Assembly: GCA_947489315.1 (NCBI GenBank) | Contig: CANLCX010000007.1 | Location: 40,143-104,142 of the forward strand | Direction: 5' to 3' | Origin: an uncultured Sphingomonadaceae bacterium | Lineage (GTDB): Bacteria; Pseudomonadota; Alphaproteobacteria; Sphingomonadales; Sphingomonadaceae | Length of the DNA stretch: 64,000 nt | Shown here: one piece after another, positions 10,475 to 20,624 of the stretch | Layout: every line of letters starts with the position of its first letter | How positions within the stretch are numbered: position 1 is the stretch's first letter | The notes under the pieces: generated by a model | What the model was told of the DNA's origin: nothing | Seen by the model: only the letters and a program-made list of their open reading frames with translations | Database searches by the model: none | Translations under genes and position numbers: made by a program

Positions 10475-12268
10475 TTGGATTGGGCTACTTATTGGGATAT
10501 CGCAAAACCCTATGCAGGGCTGGCGATATTAATTGCCTTATTCACCGCTTTTGTTGGTGAGCGCCGCCCGCCAGCGGTGACGGCCGTCGTGGCTGCCGGC
10601 TTTATGCTCGCGACCGGATTGCTCAGCAGCGATAATATGCTGGCCGTCTTTTCCAACCCGGCCCCGCTGACCATTGGCGCGATGTTCATATTATCCGGCG
10701 CGCTGGTGCGTACGGGGGTGATTGAGGCGCTAGCGGGTTTCGCTGCACGCAAGGCGGAAAAACGGCCGTTCATTGCAATTGGCGGATTTCTGGGCGGCAC
10801 CTTTGCCTCTTCGGCCTTTGTCAACAACACACCGGTGGTCATCATCCTGATCCCGATCATGCGTAAAATTGCCAAGGTATCGGGCATTGCGGCGAGCAAG
10901 CTGCTCATCCCGCTTTCCTATATCTCGATATTGGGTGGCAGCCTGACCCTGCTCGGCACATCGACCAATTTGCTGGTGGACGGTGTGGCACAGGAAAACG
11001 GGCAAGCCGCCTTTGGCCTGTTTGAAATAACCCAGGTCGGTCTGGTAGCAGCCGTGACCGGCATTATCATGATCGCGATATTGGGTCCGTTATTTTTGCC
11101 CAAACGCGACAGCGAAAGTCTCGCTGATCAGACACCGGCATCTCAATATCTGACGGACATAAGGATTGATGAGGAAAGCGATTTCGTCGGGAAGAAGATT
11201 TCCGATATCGGCGCGTTCACCCCATCAGGTGTGGAGATATTGGGCCGCCGGGTCGGTCAGGATATCGACCGTTTCGAATTTTCCGATCATATCGTGCTGG
11301 GCGGAGAGACACTGGTCGCATCGGTGACGCAGGAAGAGCTGCTATCCCTCGCAGAAATTGACGGAATTTTATTGGGCTATGCTGGCGTCAAGCAACCAAC
11401 CATACCTCTGGCGGACGATCATACAAGGCTGGTCGAACTGGTGATCGGGCCGTCTCATCGGTCGGTCGGAAAAACCTTGCCCAACCTGCCCTTTTTGTCT
11501 CGTGTTCCCGCCCGCGTGCTGGGCCTATCGCGCCCGGGCCATATTGCCGGACCAACGCTGTCCAACGCGCGGATCAGACATGGCGACAGCCTGTTAGTGC
11601 AGACCGATGATCTGTCCGTCGGCACATTGCAGGAAAATGTCGACCTGGTGCATCTGGAAGAGCCAGAGGCCCGCGCCTATCGCCGCCGCCGGGCGCCTGT
11701 GGCGGTCCTCACACTCGCGATTATCATCATTGCAGCAGCCCTGGGCGTGATGCCGATTGCCGCGCTGGCGATGCTGGGTGTCGCAGCCGTGTTGCTGACC
11801 AAATGTATCGACAGCGAAGAGGCATGGGGCGCGATAGACGGTAATGTGCTGGTGCTGATCTTTGCGATGCTGGCCGTGGGTAAGGGATTGGAAAATGCAG
11901 GCACGGTACAGCTGATTATCGACACGTTGCTGCCGCTGCTCAACATGCTGTCGCCCTTATGGTTGATTATCGTGATCTATTCGCTGACCTCCATGCTCAC
12001 CGAAACAGCGACCAATAATGCCGTGGCTGTCATTATGACGCCGCTGGTGATCGGCATTGCCGAACAAACCGGCGTGGATGTTCGCAGCCTGCTGGTTGCC
12101 GTGATGTTTGGCGCATCGGCCAGCTTCGCAACGCCGGTGGGCTATCAAACCAATACATTGGTCTATACGGCGGGCAATTACCGCTTTTCGGATTTTGTCC
12201 GGATTGGCTTGCCGCTCAACATTGGCGTGGGCTTAGCGGCCTGTATGGCGATCTATTATATCTTCTAG
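10475..12268 (+). CDS. SLC13/DASS family permease with central TrkA-C-like domains
   Basis: 597 aa. Hydrophobic N- and C-terminal halves flank a soluble ~200 aa insert. C-terminal block ASASFATPVGYQTN is typical of the family. TTG start taken from the ORF track. Confidence 0.65.
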   Translation: MDWATYWDIAKPYAGLAILIALFTAFVGERRPPAVTAVVAAGFMLATGLLSSDNMLAVFSNPAPLTIGAMFILSGALVRTGVIEALAGFAARKAEKRPFIAIGGFLGGTFASSAFVNNTPVVIILIPIMRKIAKVSGIAASKLLIPLSYISILGGSLTLLGTSTNLLVDGVAQENGQAAFGLFEITQVGLVAAVTGIIMIAILGPLFLPKRDSESLADQTPASQYLTDIRIDEESDFVGKKISDIGAFTPSGVEILGRRVGQDIDRFEFSDHIVLGGETLVASVTQEELLSLAEIDGILLGYAGVKQPTIPLADDHTRLVELVIGPSHRSVGKTLPNLPFLSRVPARVLGLSRPGHIAGPTLSNARIRHGDSLLVQTDDLSVGTLQENVDLVHLEEPEARAYRRRRAPVAVLTLAIIIIAAALGVMPIAALAMLGVAAVLLTKCIDSEEAWGAIDGNVLVLIFAMLAVGKGLENAGTVQLIIDTLLPLLNMLSPLWLIIVIYSLTSMLTETATNNAVAVIMTPLVIGIAEQTGVDVRSLLVAVMFGASASFATPVGYQTNTLVYTAGNYRFSDFVRIGLPLNIGVGLAACMAIYYIF

Positions 12269-12282
12269 TTACGGCTCGAATT

Positions 12283-12753
12283 TTAGTCCGTATAGCCCGC
12301 CAATTTGCCGTTGATGACATAGTCCAATATCTCGACAATCTGCGCTGGCGTCTCTGCGACTGCCAAGGCAGCGGCATCCACTTCCTTGAGTGGGTGGACG
12401 ATATCAGGGCCGTGATTGATGATCAGCGGCTTGCCCAATGCGGCGGCATAGCCTGCATCAAAAGCGGCATTCCATTGCTTATATTTGTCGCCAAAGCGGA
12501 CAACGACAATGTCTGCCTTTTTCAACAGCGTGGACGTGCGAATGGCATTGACTTGAGCGCCCTTGCGGTCATGCCAGAATTTCTTTTCCTCGCTGCCCAA
12601 TATGGTCACGCCGCAATCATCGGAAGCGGGATGATCGGTCACTGGCCCGGAGAAACGCACGGGAAGACCTTTCTCGGCAGCGCCTTCGGCAATTTCTTCG
12701 CGCCAATTGGTGTGGATTTCACCTGACAGATAGACTGACCAAATATCCGGCAT
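12283..12753 (-). CDS. YtoQ family protein (nucleoside 2-deoxyribosyltransferase-like fold)
   Basis: N-terminus WSVYLSGEIHTNWREEI, as I recall for the YtoQ family. Confidence 0.6.
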   Translation of the reverse strand: MPDIWSVYLSGEIHTNWREEIAEGAAEKGLPVRFSGPVTDHPASDDCGVTILGSEEKKFWHDRKGAQVNAIRTSTLLKKADIVVVRFGDKYKQWNAAFDAGYAAALGKPLIINHGPDIVHPLKEVDAAALAVAETPAQIVEILDYVINGKLAGYTD

Positions 12754-12764
12754 AGTATTTTCCT

Positions 12765-14333
12765 CTATCGTTCCCGCGTCGCGCTAAACTTAATCTCAGG
12801 ATTGCGCTCTTCCTGATAATTCACATCCCAGCCCGATTTGGCGAGGAAAACCAGATTATCGTCGCGATCCTTGGCGAGGCTGGTCTGGTTGATATTGGCA
12901 AAAGTGCTGAGTATTTCATCGTCGCCGCTGATCCAGCGCGCCGTTTCAAAAGGAGCTGGCTCAAGGCCGGCCTCGACCTTATATTCTGCCGATAAGCGGC
13001 TGACTAAAACTTCGAGCTGCAATTGTCCGACTACGCCGATAATCCAATTGGCACCGATTTCGGGATAGAAGACCTGCACCACGCCTTCTTCCGACAAGTC
13101 GTCGAGTGCCTTGCGCAGTTTCTTGGTCTGTGTCGGGTCTTTCAGGATCACGCGGCGCAATATTTCCGGCGCAAAATTAGGCAAGCCGATAATCCGCACT
13201 TGATTTTTTTCCGACAAAGTATCTCCCACACGCAGTGTCCCGTGATTGGGGATGCCGATAATATCGCCAGGTTCGGCGGTATCGGCAATTTCACGATCCT
13301 GCGCGAAAAATAATATCGGCGAGTGGATGGCGATCGGCTTGCCTAGCCCCGAAGGCGTCAGTTTCATGCCGCGTTTAAACTCGCCGGAGCAGAGCCGCAT
13401 GAACGCGATGCGATCGCGATGCTGTGGATCCATATTCGCCTGAATCTTGAAAATGAAACCGGTGACATCCTTGCTGTCGGGTTCAATCGGCGCGGGTTCC
13501 GCAGGCTGCGGCCGCGGGCTGGGGGCATAGTCGGCAATGGCATCGATCAGCTCTTCGACACCAAATTGCTTCAGCGCGGATCCGAAATAGACGGGCGTAA
13601 GATCGCCATTTTGATATGCCTCAAGGTCAAAGCTGCTATAGCCGCCTTGCGCCAATTCCGCCTCGCTGGTCAGCCGTTCCAATGCTTCATCGCTCAGCAC
13701 ATCGGCGAGCCCTGGATCATTCAATCCGTCAAATTGCCGCGATACACCGTCATATTGCTTGCTGTCACCGTCGGGCTGGTGCAGCTGGTTGCGATAGAGG
13801 TCATAAATGCCTTCAAACTGTCCGCCCATGCCGGTTGGCCAGCTCATCGGACAGACGTCGAGGGCCAATTTATCCGCCACTTCGTCGAGCAATTCAAATG
13901 GATCGCGGCCTTCGCGGTCAACCTTGTTGACAAAGGTGATGATCGGCACGCTACGCATCCGGCAAACTTCGAACAGTTTCAGCGTCTGCGCCTCAATCCC
14001 GCTCGCCGCATCAATCACCATGATTGCGCTGTCGACGGCGGTCAGGGTGCGATAGGTATCTTCGGAAAAATCCTCATGGCCCGGTGTATCGAGCAGGTTG
14101 AAGGTAATGCCGTTGCGTTCAAAGGTCATCACCGAGCTGGTCACGGAAATCCCGCGCTGCTGCTCGATCTTCATCCAGTCCGATCGCGCGCGCCGGTTAT
14201 CGCCACGCGCCTTGACCTCGCCGGCCAAGTGAATAGCGCCGCCTTTCAGCAGCAGCTTCTCGGTGAGTGTCGTCTTACCCGCATCGGGGTGAGAGATAAT
14301 CGCAAATGTGCGGCGTGGGTTGGTTTGGGTCAT
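12765..14333 (-). CDS. prfC: peptide chain release factor 3
   Basis: GTPase G1 AIISHPDAGKTTLTEKLL, DTPGHEDF, length 522 aa. Confidence 0.9.
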   Translation of the reverse strand: MTQTNPRRTFAIISHPDAGKTTLTEKLLLKGGAIHLAGEVKARGDNRRARSDWMKIEQQRGISVTSSVMTFERNGITFNLLDTPGHEDFSEDTYRTLTAVDSAIMVIDAASGIEAQTLKLFEVCRMRSVPIITFVNKVDREGRDPFELLDEVADKLALDVCPMSWPTGMGGQFEGIYDLYRNQLHQPDGDSKQYDGVSRQFDGLNDPGLADVLSDEALERLTSEAELAQGGYSSFDLEAYQNGDLTPVYFGSALKQFGVEELIDAIADYAPSPRPQPAEPAPIEPDSKDVTGFIFKIQANMDPQHRDRIAFMRLCSGEFKRGMKLTPSGLGKPIAIHSPILFFAQDREIADTAEPGDIIGIPNHGTLRVGDTLSEKNQVRIIGLPNFAPEILRRVILKDPTQTKKLRKALDDLSEEGVVQVFYPEIGANWIIGVVGQLQLEVLVSRLSAEYKVEAGLEPAPFETARWISGDDEILSTFANINQTSLAKDRDDNLVFLAKSGWDVNYQEERNPEIKFSATRER

Positions 14334-14336
14334 ATT

Positions 14337-16811
14337 CTAACCCCTCAACTCCGCACCCAGTTTACCAGCACTCGCTACAACTTTATCCGAAACGGCCTTC
14401 AAATCTTCCTCGGTTAGCGTCGCCTCCACCGGCTGTAGGGTAATTTCCACCGCCAGCGATTTTTTGCCTTCGCCGACACTCGGACCTTCGAACAGGTCGA
14501 AAAGCCGCGCACCGGTTATCAGTTTCTTGTCTGCGCCTTTGACCGCGCGCACCAAATCACCTGCTGGCAAATCAGCATCGACGATGAACGCAAAGTCGCG
14601 TGTGAGAGACTGCAATGTCGGTGGTGCAAACGCCTCGCGCATATGGCCTTTGGCTTTTTTCACCGGGATCGCGTCGAGAAATATCTCGGCGGCAACCGCA
14701 GCGCCTTTTAGGCCCATTGCCTTGGTCACCGTGGGATGGAGCACACCATAAGCGGCCAATATCTTCTTTGGCCCAAGTCGCAAGGTGCCCGACTGGCCGG
14801 GATGATAATGATCGCCCGCTTCGGCGAAATCCATCAGCTTGTCGGTCGGCGCGCCGGCGGCTTCCAATATGGCAAGCACTTCGGCCTTGGCATCATACGC
14901 ATCATATTTGGTCGCGGAACCAGCTTGCCAGCTGCGCGCGCGATTTTCGCCCGACAGCACGAGACCAATGGTTGGGTGTTCACTGCTTTCCAGATAGCGG
15001 CGACCTACTTCGAACAGACGAATGGACGACGCCCCGCGATCAGCGTTACGTTGGGCTGCGGCGATCAGGCCGGGCAATAGCGATGGCCGCATGACTTTCA
15101 GGTCTTCGCTAATCGGATTGGCCAGCGACCAATAACCACCGCCAAAAGGCGCGGCTTCCTTGTCGGAGATAAAGCTCCAAGTCACAGTTTCGTTCAATCC
15201 GCGTGCAGCGGCAGCGCGCCGGGCTTTGCGTTCGGCCAGCTGCTCCGGTGATGCGGTAGGTTTGGCAACTCCGGCTTTGCGCGGCAGCGGCGTGGAAGGT
15301 ATCGCGTCCAGCCCTTCGATCCGAATGACTTCTTCGACCAGATCCTGCCAACCCGCGACGTCACGACGCCACGTTGGGGGTGTGACATCCCACAAGGAAG
15401 CATGACCTTTATCTGTATTCCCGCGCAGGCGGGAATCCATCTCCACCGCCTCGCCAGCCCCGGCTTCGGGAGATAGGCTCCCGCCTGCGCGGGAGCACAG
15501 CGTCACTTGAAAGCCCAGCGCTTCCAGCGTCTCTTTCTGTTTTTCCGGCGCGACATCGATGCCGCCCAACGCGGCACATTGCTTGGGATCATAGCTGATC
15601 GTGGGCATGTCTGTTGGTGGTGTTCCGGCGCGGGTTATGTCGCTGGCATTGCCGCCACACAGATCGAGCACCAAAGCGGTCGCGATATCAATGCCATCGT
15701 CCAGAAAGGCCGGATCGACGCCGCGCTCAAACCGTTGGCGGGCATCGCTTGTCAGCATCAGCTTTTGGCCGGTTTTCGCGATGGAAGCGGGATCGAAATA
15801 GGCGCATTCGATCAACACTTCGGTTGTTGTTTCTTCCGATCCGGTGTCCGCACCGCCCATGATGCCGCCAATATCATGCGCGCCATTATCGTCAGCGATG
15901 ACGGTCATGGTCTCGTCGAGCGTGTACTCTTTGTCGTTGAGGGCGGTGAGCTTCTCACCCGCTTTGGCTTTGCGTGCAACCAGACCGCCCTTAAGCTTCG
16001 CCACATCATAAACGTGTAAAGGCCGCCCGTGGTCGAGCATCACGTAATTGGTGATATCCACCAGCGCGTTAATCGGTTTCTGGCCAGCTGATTTGAGCCG
16101 TGCCTGCATCCAGTCCGGCGAGGTGCCGTTGGACAGGCCGCTAACCGTACAGCCGTAAAAAGCAGGACAGCCTTCGCTATCATCGGTCCGCACATCCGGG
16201 CCGGCGCCGCTGCGTGCAACCGGATCGATGCTCAAGGCTTTGAGCGTACCGATACCGGTGGCCGCCAGATCGCGGGCAATGCCGCGCACGCCCATGCAAT
16301 CCTGACGATTGGGGGTAATCGCGACATCCATGACCGGATCATCGAGCTGCGCGTAATCGGCGTAGCTTGTCCCAACCGCTGCTGCGGCATCGGCGGGCAG
16401 TTCAATGATACCATCATGATCGTCACCCAGCTCCAGCTCACGCGCGCTGCACATCATGCCGAAACTTTCGACATCGCGAATTTTGGCGGGCTTCAGCGTG
16501 AAATCACTGCCCGGAATATAGGTGCCGGGAGGGCCAAAGACGCCGACCATATCCTTACGCGCATTGGGCGCGCCGCACACGACTTGCCATGGCTCATTTG
16601 AACCATCGTCAACCTTCAGCAATTGCAATTTATCCGCATTGGGATGCGGACCGGCTTCGATAACCTTGGCCACACGAAAGGGCTTGAGCGCATCAGCGGG
16701 ATTTTCCAGTCCCTCCAGCTCCAGACCAATATCGGTCAGCTTATCGGTAATTTCGGTGAGGCTTGCATCCGTATCGAGATGGGCTTTGAGCCAGCTTAGG
16801 GAAAATTTCAT
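14337..16811 (-). CDS. pheT: phenylalanine--tRNA ligase beta subunit (with in-frame repeat insertion)
   Basis: [10 protein letters not shown]-terminus, B3/4 and B5 blocks, 824 aa, ATGA overlap with pheS. Confidence 0.9.
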   Translation of the reverse strand: MKFSLSWLKAHLDTDASLTEITDKLTDIGLELEGLENPADALKPFRVAKVIEAGPHPNADKLQLLKVDDGSNEPWQVVCGAPNARKDMVGVFGPPGTYIPGSDFTLKPAKIRDVESFGMMCSARELELGDDHDGIIELPADAAAAVGTSYADYAQLDDPVMDVAITPNRQDCMGVRGIARDLAATGIGTLKALSIDPVARSGAGPDVRTDDSEGCPAFYGCTVSGLSNGTSPDWMQARLKSAGQKPINALVDITNYVMLDHGRPLHVYDVAKLKGGLVARKAKAGEKLTALNDKEYTLDETMTVIADDNGAHDIGGIMGGADTGSEETTTEVLIECAYFDPASIAKTGQKLMLTSDARQRFERGVDPAFLDDGIDIATALVLDLCGGNASDITRAGTPPTDMPTISYDPKQCAALGGIDVAPEKQKETLEALGFQVTLCSRAGGSLSPEAGAGEAVEMDSRLRGNTDKGHASLWDVTPPTWRRDVAGWQDLVEEVIRIEGLDAIPSTPLPRKAGVAKPTASPEQLAERKARRAAAARGLNETVTWSFISDKEAAPFGGGYWSLANPISEDLKVMRPSLLPGLIAAAQRNADRGASSIRLFEVGRRYLESSEHPTIGLVLSGENRARSWQAGSATKYDAYDAKAEVLAILEAAGAPTDKLMDFAEAGDHYHPGQSGTLRLGPKKILAAYGVLHPTVTKAMGLKGAAVAAEIFLDAIPVKKAKGHMREAFAPPTLQSLTRDFAFIVDADLPAGDLVRAVKGADKKLITGARLFDLFEGPSVGEGKKSLAVEITLQPVEATLTEEDLKAVSDKVVASAGKLGAELRG
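15393..15500. repeat. GC-rich palindromic repeat element embedded in frame in pheT
   Basis: Hairpin units attcccgc-gcag-gcgggaat (15417-15436) and gctcccgc-ctgc-gcgggagc (15477-15496) are reverse complements of each other. Translated as ...[30 protein letters not shown]... Confidence 0.7.
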
Positions 16812-18019
16812 GCGCCGACTCCTCCGCTCAATGTGGGTACGTCAAGCGCGTCAAAGCCGTAATGCTCTGTCCAGCGCAAATCGCCGTCAAAGAAAGCGCG
16901 CAGATCATCCATGCCATATTTGAGCATCGCCAGCCGGTCGATACCGCAGCCAAAGGCAAAGCCCTGCCAGACATCGGGATCAAGCCCGCAATTGCGAATG
17001 ACATTGGGGTGGACCATGCCGGAGCCGAGAATTTCCATCCAGCCGCCATTGTCGCCGCGCGGATCACCGCCAATGATACGGCGGCCTTTTTCGACGGAAA
17101 AACCGACATCGACCTCGGCACTGGGTTCGGTGAACGGGAAATAGCTCGGGCGCAGGCGCAGTTCGATATCGTCGCGCTCGAAAAAGGCGCGAACAAAGGT
17201 TTCAAGCGTCCATTTGAGGTGCCCCATATGGATGCCTTTGTCGATCACCAGGCCTTCGACCTGATGGAACATCGGCGTGTGGGTCGCGTCGCTATCGCTG
17301 CGATAAGTGCGCCCCGGTGCGATGATGTAAATCGGTTCGCCAGCACCATCTGTCTGTTTCGCAACATCCATCATCGTGCGAATTTGCACGGGTGAGGTGT
17401 GGGTGCGCAGCAATTTGGGTAGCTCCCTCTCCCCTTCAGGGGAGAGGGCTGGGGAGTGGGGGCTACCGGATGGTTTTTCATGCCCCCCTCCCTTCGCCGC
17501 TTCGCGGCTCTTCCCTCCCCCCTGAAGGGGAGAGGGAGGAAAATAGAAAGTATCATGCATCGCGCGCGCCGGATGGGTTTCCGGAATGTTCAGCGCGGAG
17601 AAATTATGCCAGTCATCTTCAATTTCAGGTCCCGTTGCGACGGAGAATCCGAGGTCGGCGAATATTTCCGCTAGTTCGTCCATGACTTGCGAAACCGGAT
17701 GAATGCTGCCCTTTGGCGTGCTCGGCGGGGGTAGAGTCATATCGATTTTTTCGGTGACGAGGCGTGAGTTTAGGGCTTCGCTTTCCATGGCTTCTTTGCG
17801 CGCAGCAATCGCATCGGCAACCGTCTGACGGGTACCATTGATTTTCGGACCCTCGGTCTGGCGTTCTTCCGGCGTCATTTTGCCGAGTGTTTTGAGCAGC
17901 AGTGAAATCTCGCCCTTTTTGCCAAGCGCGGCGACGCGGATGGCTTCCAAAGCGTCACCATCGCTGGCGGCTTCTATCTCACCGAGATATTTTTCTTTAA
18001 TTGCTTCGATGTCACTCAT
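16808..18019 (-). CDS. pheS: phenylalanine--tRNA ligase alpha subunit (with in-frame repeat insertion)
   Basis: [12 protein letters not shown] ... [14 protein letters not shown] ... [12 protein letters not shown] class II motifs. 403 aa, longer than E. coli PheS (327 aa). Confidence 0.9.
   Translation of the reverse strand: MSDIEAIKEKYLGEIEAASDGDALEAIRVAALGKKGEISLLLKTLGKMTPEERQTEGPKINGTRQTVADAIAARKEAMESEALNSRLVTEKIDMTLPPPSTPKGSIHPVSQVMDELAEIFADLGFSVATGPEIEDDWHNFSALNIPETHPARAMHDTFYFPPSPLQGGGKSREAAKGGGHEKPSGSPHSPALSPEGERELPKLLRTHTSPVQIRTMMDVAKQTDGAGEPIYIIAPGRTYRSDSDATHTPMFHQVEGLVIDKGIHMGHLKWTLETFVRAFFERDDIELRLRPSYFPFTEPSAEVDVGFSVEKGRRIIGGDPRGDNGGWMEILGSGMVHPNVIRNCGLDPDVWQGFAFGCGIDRLAMLKYGMDDLRAFFDGDLRWTEHYGFDALDVPTLSGGVGA
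17417..17539. repeat. palindromic repeat element embedded in frame in pheS
   Basis: Perfect 10-bp hairpin ccctctcccc-ttca-ggggagaggg (17425-17448) and inverted imperfect copy tccctcccccc-tgaa-ggggagaggga (17512-17537). Inner hairpin gccgc-ttc-gcggc (17496-17508). Confidence 0.7.
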
Positions 18020-18071
18020 GACTTTACCCTATTTTCCCTGCTGACCGTCTAAAGCAGGCTGCGGTGAAAAA

Positions 18072-18114
18072 CCCAATAAAAAAGCGCCGCGAGATTGCTC
18101 CCCGGCGCTTTTTG
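18072..18114 (-). terminator. hairpin with flanking T-runs between rplT and pheS
   Basis: gcgccg...cggcgc stem (18083-18109) flanked by aaaaaa on one side and ttttt on the other, so it reads as hairpin plus U-run on the minus strand. Confidence 0.5.
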
Positions 18115-18130
18115 AAATTTATGGAAATAC

Positions 18131-18493
18131 TTAAGCTTTCGCTAGAGCATCCTGCGCCTGTTTGATGATGCCGCTAAACATAGCAGGTTCATTCATCGCC
18201 AGATCAGCCATGACTTTACGGTCGAGTTCAATGCCGGCAAGCTTGGTGCCGTGAATGAATGTGCCGTATGTCATGCCTTCTGCGCGGACAGCAGCGTTGA
18301 TACGCTGGATCCAGATAGCGCGGAAAGCACGCTTTTTAACTTTACGATCGCGATATGCATATTGACCGGCTTTTTCGACAGCCTGTCTTGCTACACGAAT
18401 GGTGTTCTTGCGGCGGCCATAATAGCCCTTCGCCTGAACCAATAATCTTTTGTGTTTTGCGCGGGTGGTTACACCCCGTTTTACGCGTGCCAT
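18131..18493 (-). CDS. rplT: 50S ribosomal protein L20
   Basis: [18 protein letters not shown]..., 120 aa. Confidence 0.95.
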   Translation of the reverse strand: MARVKRGVTTRAKHKRLLVQAKGYYGRRKNTIRVARQAVEKAGQYAYRDRKVKKRAFRAIWIQRINAAVRAEGMTYGTFIHGTKLAGIELDRKVMADLAMNEPAMFSGIIKQAQDALAKA

Positions 18494-18539
18494 AATCTAT
18501 ATCCTTGAATTTTGTGAAGCGATGGAAACCCCGGTGCTA

Positions 18540-18740
18540 TTAAAGCCCGTAAGGTGCCCATTTCTTGATTGTTTTCGCATCTGCGTCAGCACAGTTTTTG
18601 GTGCCGCGGTTTTGCCGGATATATTTGCTGTTATGGCTCATCAAACGGTGGCGTTTGCCAGCTACGCCATGCGTAACCTTGCCGGTCGCAGTGATTTTGA
18701 AGCGTTTCTTCACACCACTTTTGGTCTTCAACTTGGGCAT
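18540..18740 (-). CDS. rpmI: 50S ribosomal protein L35
   Basis: [15 protein letters not shown]..., 66 aa. Confidence 0.95.
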   Translation of the reverse strand: MPKLKTKSGVKKRFKITATGKVTHGVAGKRHRLMSHNSKYIRQNRGTKNCADADAKTIKKWAPYGL

Positions 18741-18886
18741 TTTGGTCTCCTTTAGAAGTTACCGTTACGGACACATGTGGCAGCCCAACACTGGCCAGTG
18801 CATCACATCGGAAGGGCGGCAATAGCTAGATTCGCCTGAAATGCAAGATATATTGCAAAATCAGCGGTGCTTTTTGGCGCTTCAAG

Positions 18887-19795
18887 CTAGGCAGCGTTGC
18901 TATTGTCCGACCCATTGGGATCGATCGGCCGGTCCATGGCTTGCAATGGTCGACCTAAGGCCTTGGTCCGCTCACTCGCTCCGATCCCGAAAATCGGGTG
19001 CGGTTGCGCCATATATTGTCTCGGCGTTAGTCCCATGAAGCGCTTAAAGTCGCGATTAAAATGCGCCTGATCATAATAGTTGAGATCCACACATTCGCTC
19101 CAGCTTTGCGAAGGGTTCATCAAGGCCTGACCCAATGTGCGGACAAAACGCTGTCGACGCAGCAATAATTTGGGAAGAAAGCCAAATACGCGATTCGAAA
19201 AGCGGCTGAGCTGTTTTGTATCCATATCCAGCCGTTCACATAGCGCCCCGACGCTATCGATTTGCGGATCGGTCAGCGCGAGATGGGCCGCCTCGATCCG
19301 GTCATCTTCGGCATCGGATGGTTCAAGCGCCTCCAGGAGCATATGATTGAACGTATCGATCATCTCGGCTTCGGTCTCTAAATTCCGGATAGCGTCCCAG
19401 ATTTCGGCAAAGAGATCAAATTTATGCGCGGTTTCGACATCAATCACTTTATTGGCCCAGCGCGATGCCGGCTGACCAACAAATTTGTGCCAACCCAGCG
19501 GCAGCAGCCCGAAAGCAGCGATTTTTGCTGATTTGCAAGAAATGGGTGCGGCCAAACTGGTCGGCCCCGTCATGGCTGCTAGCGGTGATGGCTGCGGTTT
19601 ATGATCGGGAACCTTCATATCCACGCTGCCACGATATATGAAACGGATGCTCGCCCATTGCGGTAACAGCATGTCCGATATCTCGGACCCATCCGGGCTC
19701 TCAATCTCGGTAAAATAATAGGTCGTCAGATAGCGCTGCAGCGGCGGTGGCGGCAGGACAAACCGCGTTTTGCTGACAGGCTCTAATGGTTGCAT
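18887..19795 (-). CDS. AraC family transcriptional regulator
   Basis: C-terminal HTH block YYDQAHFNRDFKRFMGLTPRQY. Confidence 0.75.
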   Translation of the reverse strand: MQPLEPVSKTRFVLPPPPLQRYLTTYYFTEIESPDGSEISDMLLPQWASIRFIYRGSVDMKVPDHKPQPSPLAAMTGPTSLAAPISCKSAKIAAFGLLPLGWHKFVGQPASRWANKVIDVETAHKFDLFAEIWDAIRNLETEAEMIDTFNHMLLEALEPSDAEDDRIEAAHLALTDPQIDSVGALCERLDMDTKQLSRFSNRVFGFLPKLLLRRQRFVRTLGQALMNPSQSWSECVDLNYYDQAHFNRDFKRFMGLTPRQYMAQPHPIFGIGASERTKALGRPLQAMDRPIDPNGSDNSNAA

Positions 19796-20562
19796 GCAAT
19801 GGCCTCTAGCACATCATCGACGCGCGCCTGATCCCCAATAGCCAAAACATGACCGTCGGATTCGGCGTGAAGTGGTTCGCCGTTCCAGTCACACATCATT
19901 CCGCCCGCTCCGTCGATAATTGGCGCCAGGGCCGCATAATCATGCAGCATCAGGCCCGCTTCGCAGACGACGTCGACATGACCGCTCGCGACCAGACCAT
20001 AATTATAGCAATCGCCGCCATAGATAATCTTGCGCGGCGCGACTTTGCTGGCGAGGCCCATGAAATGCTCGGCATCATGCTCATCAAATTGATGCGGGGT
20101 GGTCGTGGCGAGTACGGCGTCTTTCAATTCGCGGCAACGTGCCGACTGGGCCGGCGTTCCGTTAAAAGTGGTGGGTCGTCCGACCACCCCTATCCAGCGT
20201 TCCCGGGCAATCGGCTGGTCAATAATCCCAAGCACCGGCCAACCATCTTGCATCAGCGCAATCAGCGTCCCGAAAATTGGTCGTCCGGCGATAAAGCTGG
20301 TCGTGCCATCTATGGGATCCAGCACCCATTGACGCGCAGCGCCTTCGTTGATGGTGCCATATTCTTCACCGATAATGCCGTCTTCCGGACATTCGGTTTC
20401 GATAATCTTGCGCATCGCAGCTTCGGCGGCGCGGTCGGCTTCGGTTACGGGCGTAGAATCGCTTTTTGATTCCTGATCAAATTTTGCGCGGAAAAGCGGG
20501 CGTATCGCTTCTCCGGCAGCTTCGGCGAGTTTTTCAGCGAGTGCTATATCTTTAGGGGTCAT
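19783..20562 (-). CDS. inositol monophosphatase family protein, probable histidinol-phosphatase
   Basis: IMPase motifs GEE...WVLDPIDGT...; ~260 aa as in alphaproteobacterial HisN-type enzymes. The function is inferred. Confidence 0.65.
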   Translation of the reverse strand: MTPKDIALAEKLAEAAGEAIRPLFRAKFDQESKSDSTPVTEADRAAEAAMRKIIETECPEDGIIGEEYGTINEGAARQWVLDPIDGTTSFIAGRPIFGTLIALMQDGWPVLGIIDQPIARERWIGVVGRPTTFNGTPAQSARCRELKDAVLATTTPHQFDEHDAEHFMGLASKVAPRKIIYGGDCYNYGLVASGHVDVVCEAGLMLHDYAALAPIIDGAGGMMCDWNGEPLHAESDGHVLAIGDQARVDDVLEAIACNH

Positions 20563-20624
20563 GTATCCCTAATTGACAGCAAAAGGGCCCCTTGGCCAGT
20601 GCCACTCTGCGGAAAAGAGGCGAG

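Noticed and set aside
13419-14417. 332-aa plus-strand ORF, and similar long ORFs antisense to prfC, pheT, pheS, nadE, hisC and others
   Set aside because: These are shadow ORFs on the opposite strand of well-supported GC-rich genes. Their translations are Arg/Gly/Ala-rich with no recognisable domains.
18020-18130. Search for a Phe-rich leader peptide (pheM-like attenuator) upstream of pheS
   Set aside because: No short ORF with consecutive Phe codons is present in the spacer on the minus strand. Only hairpins are seen.
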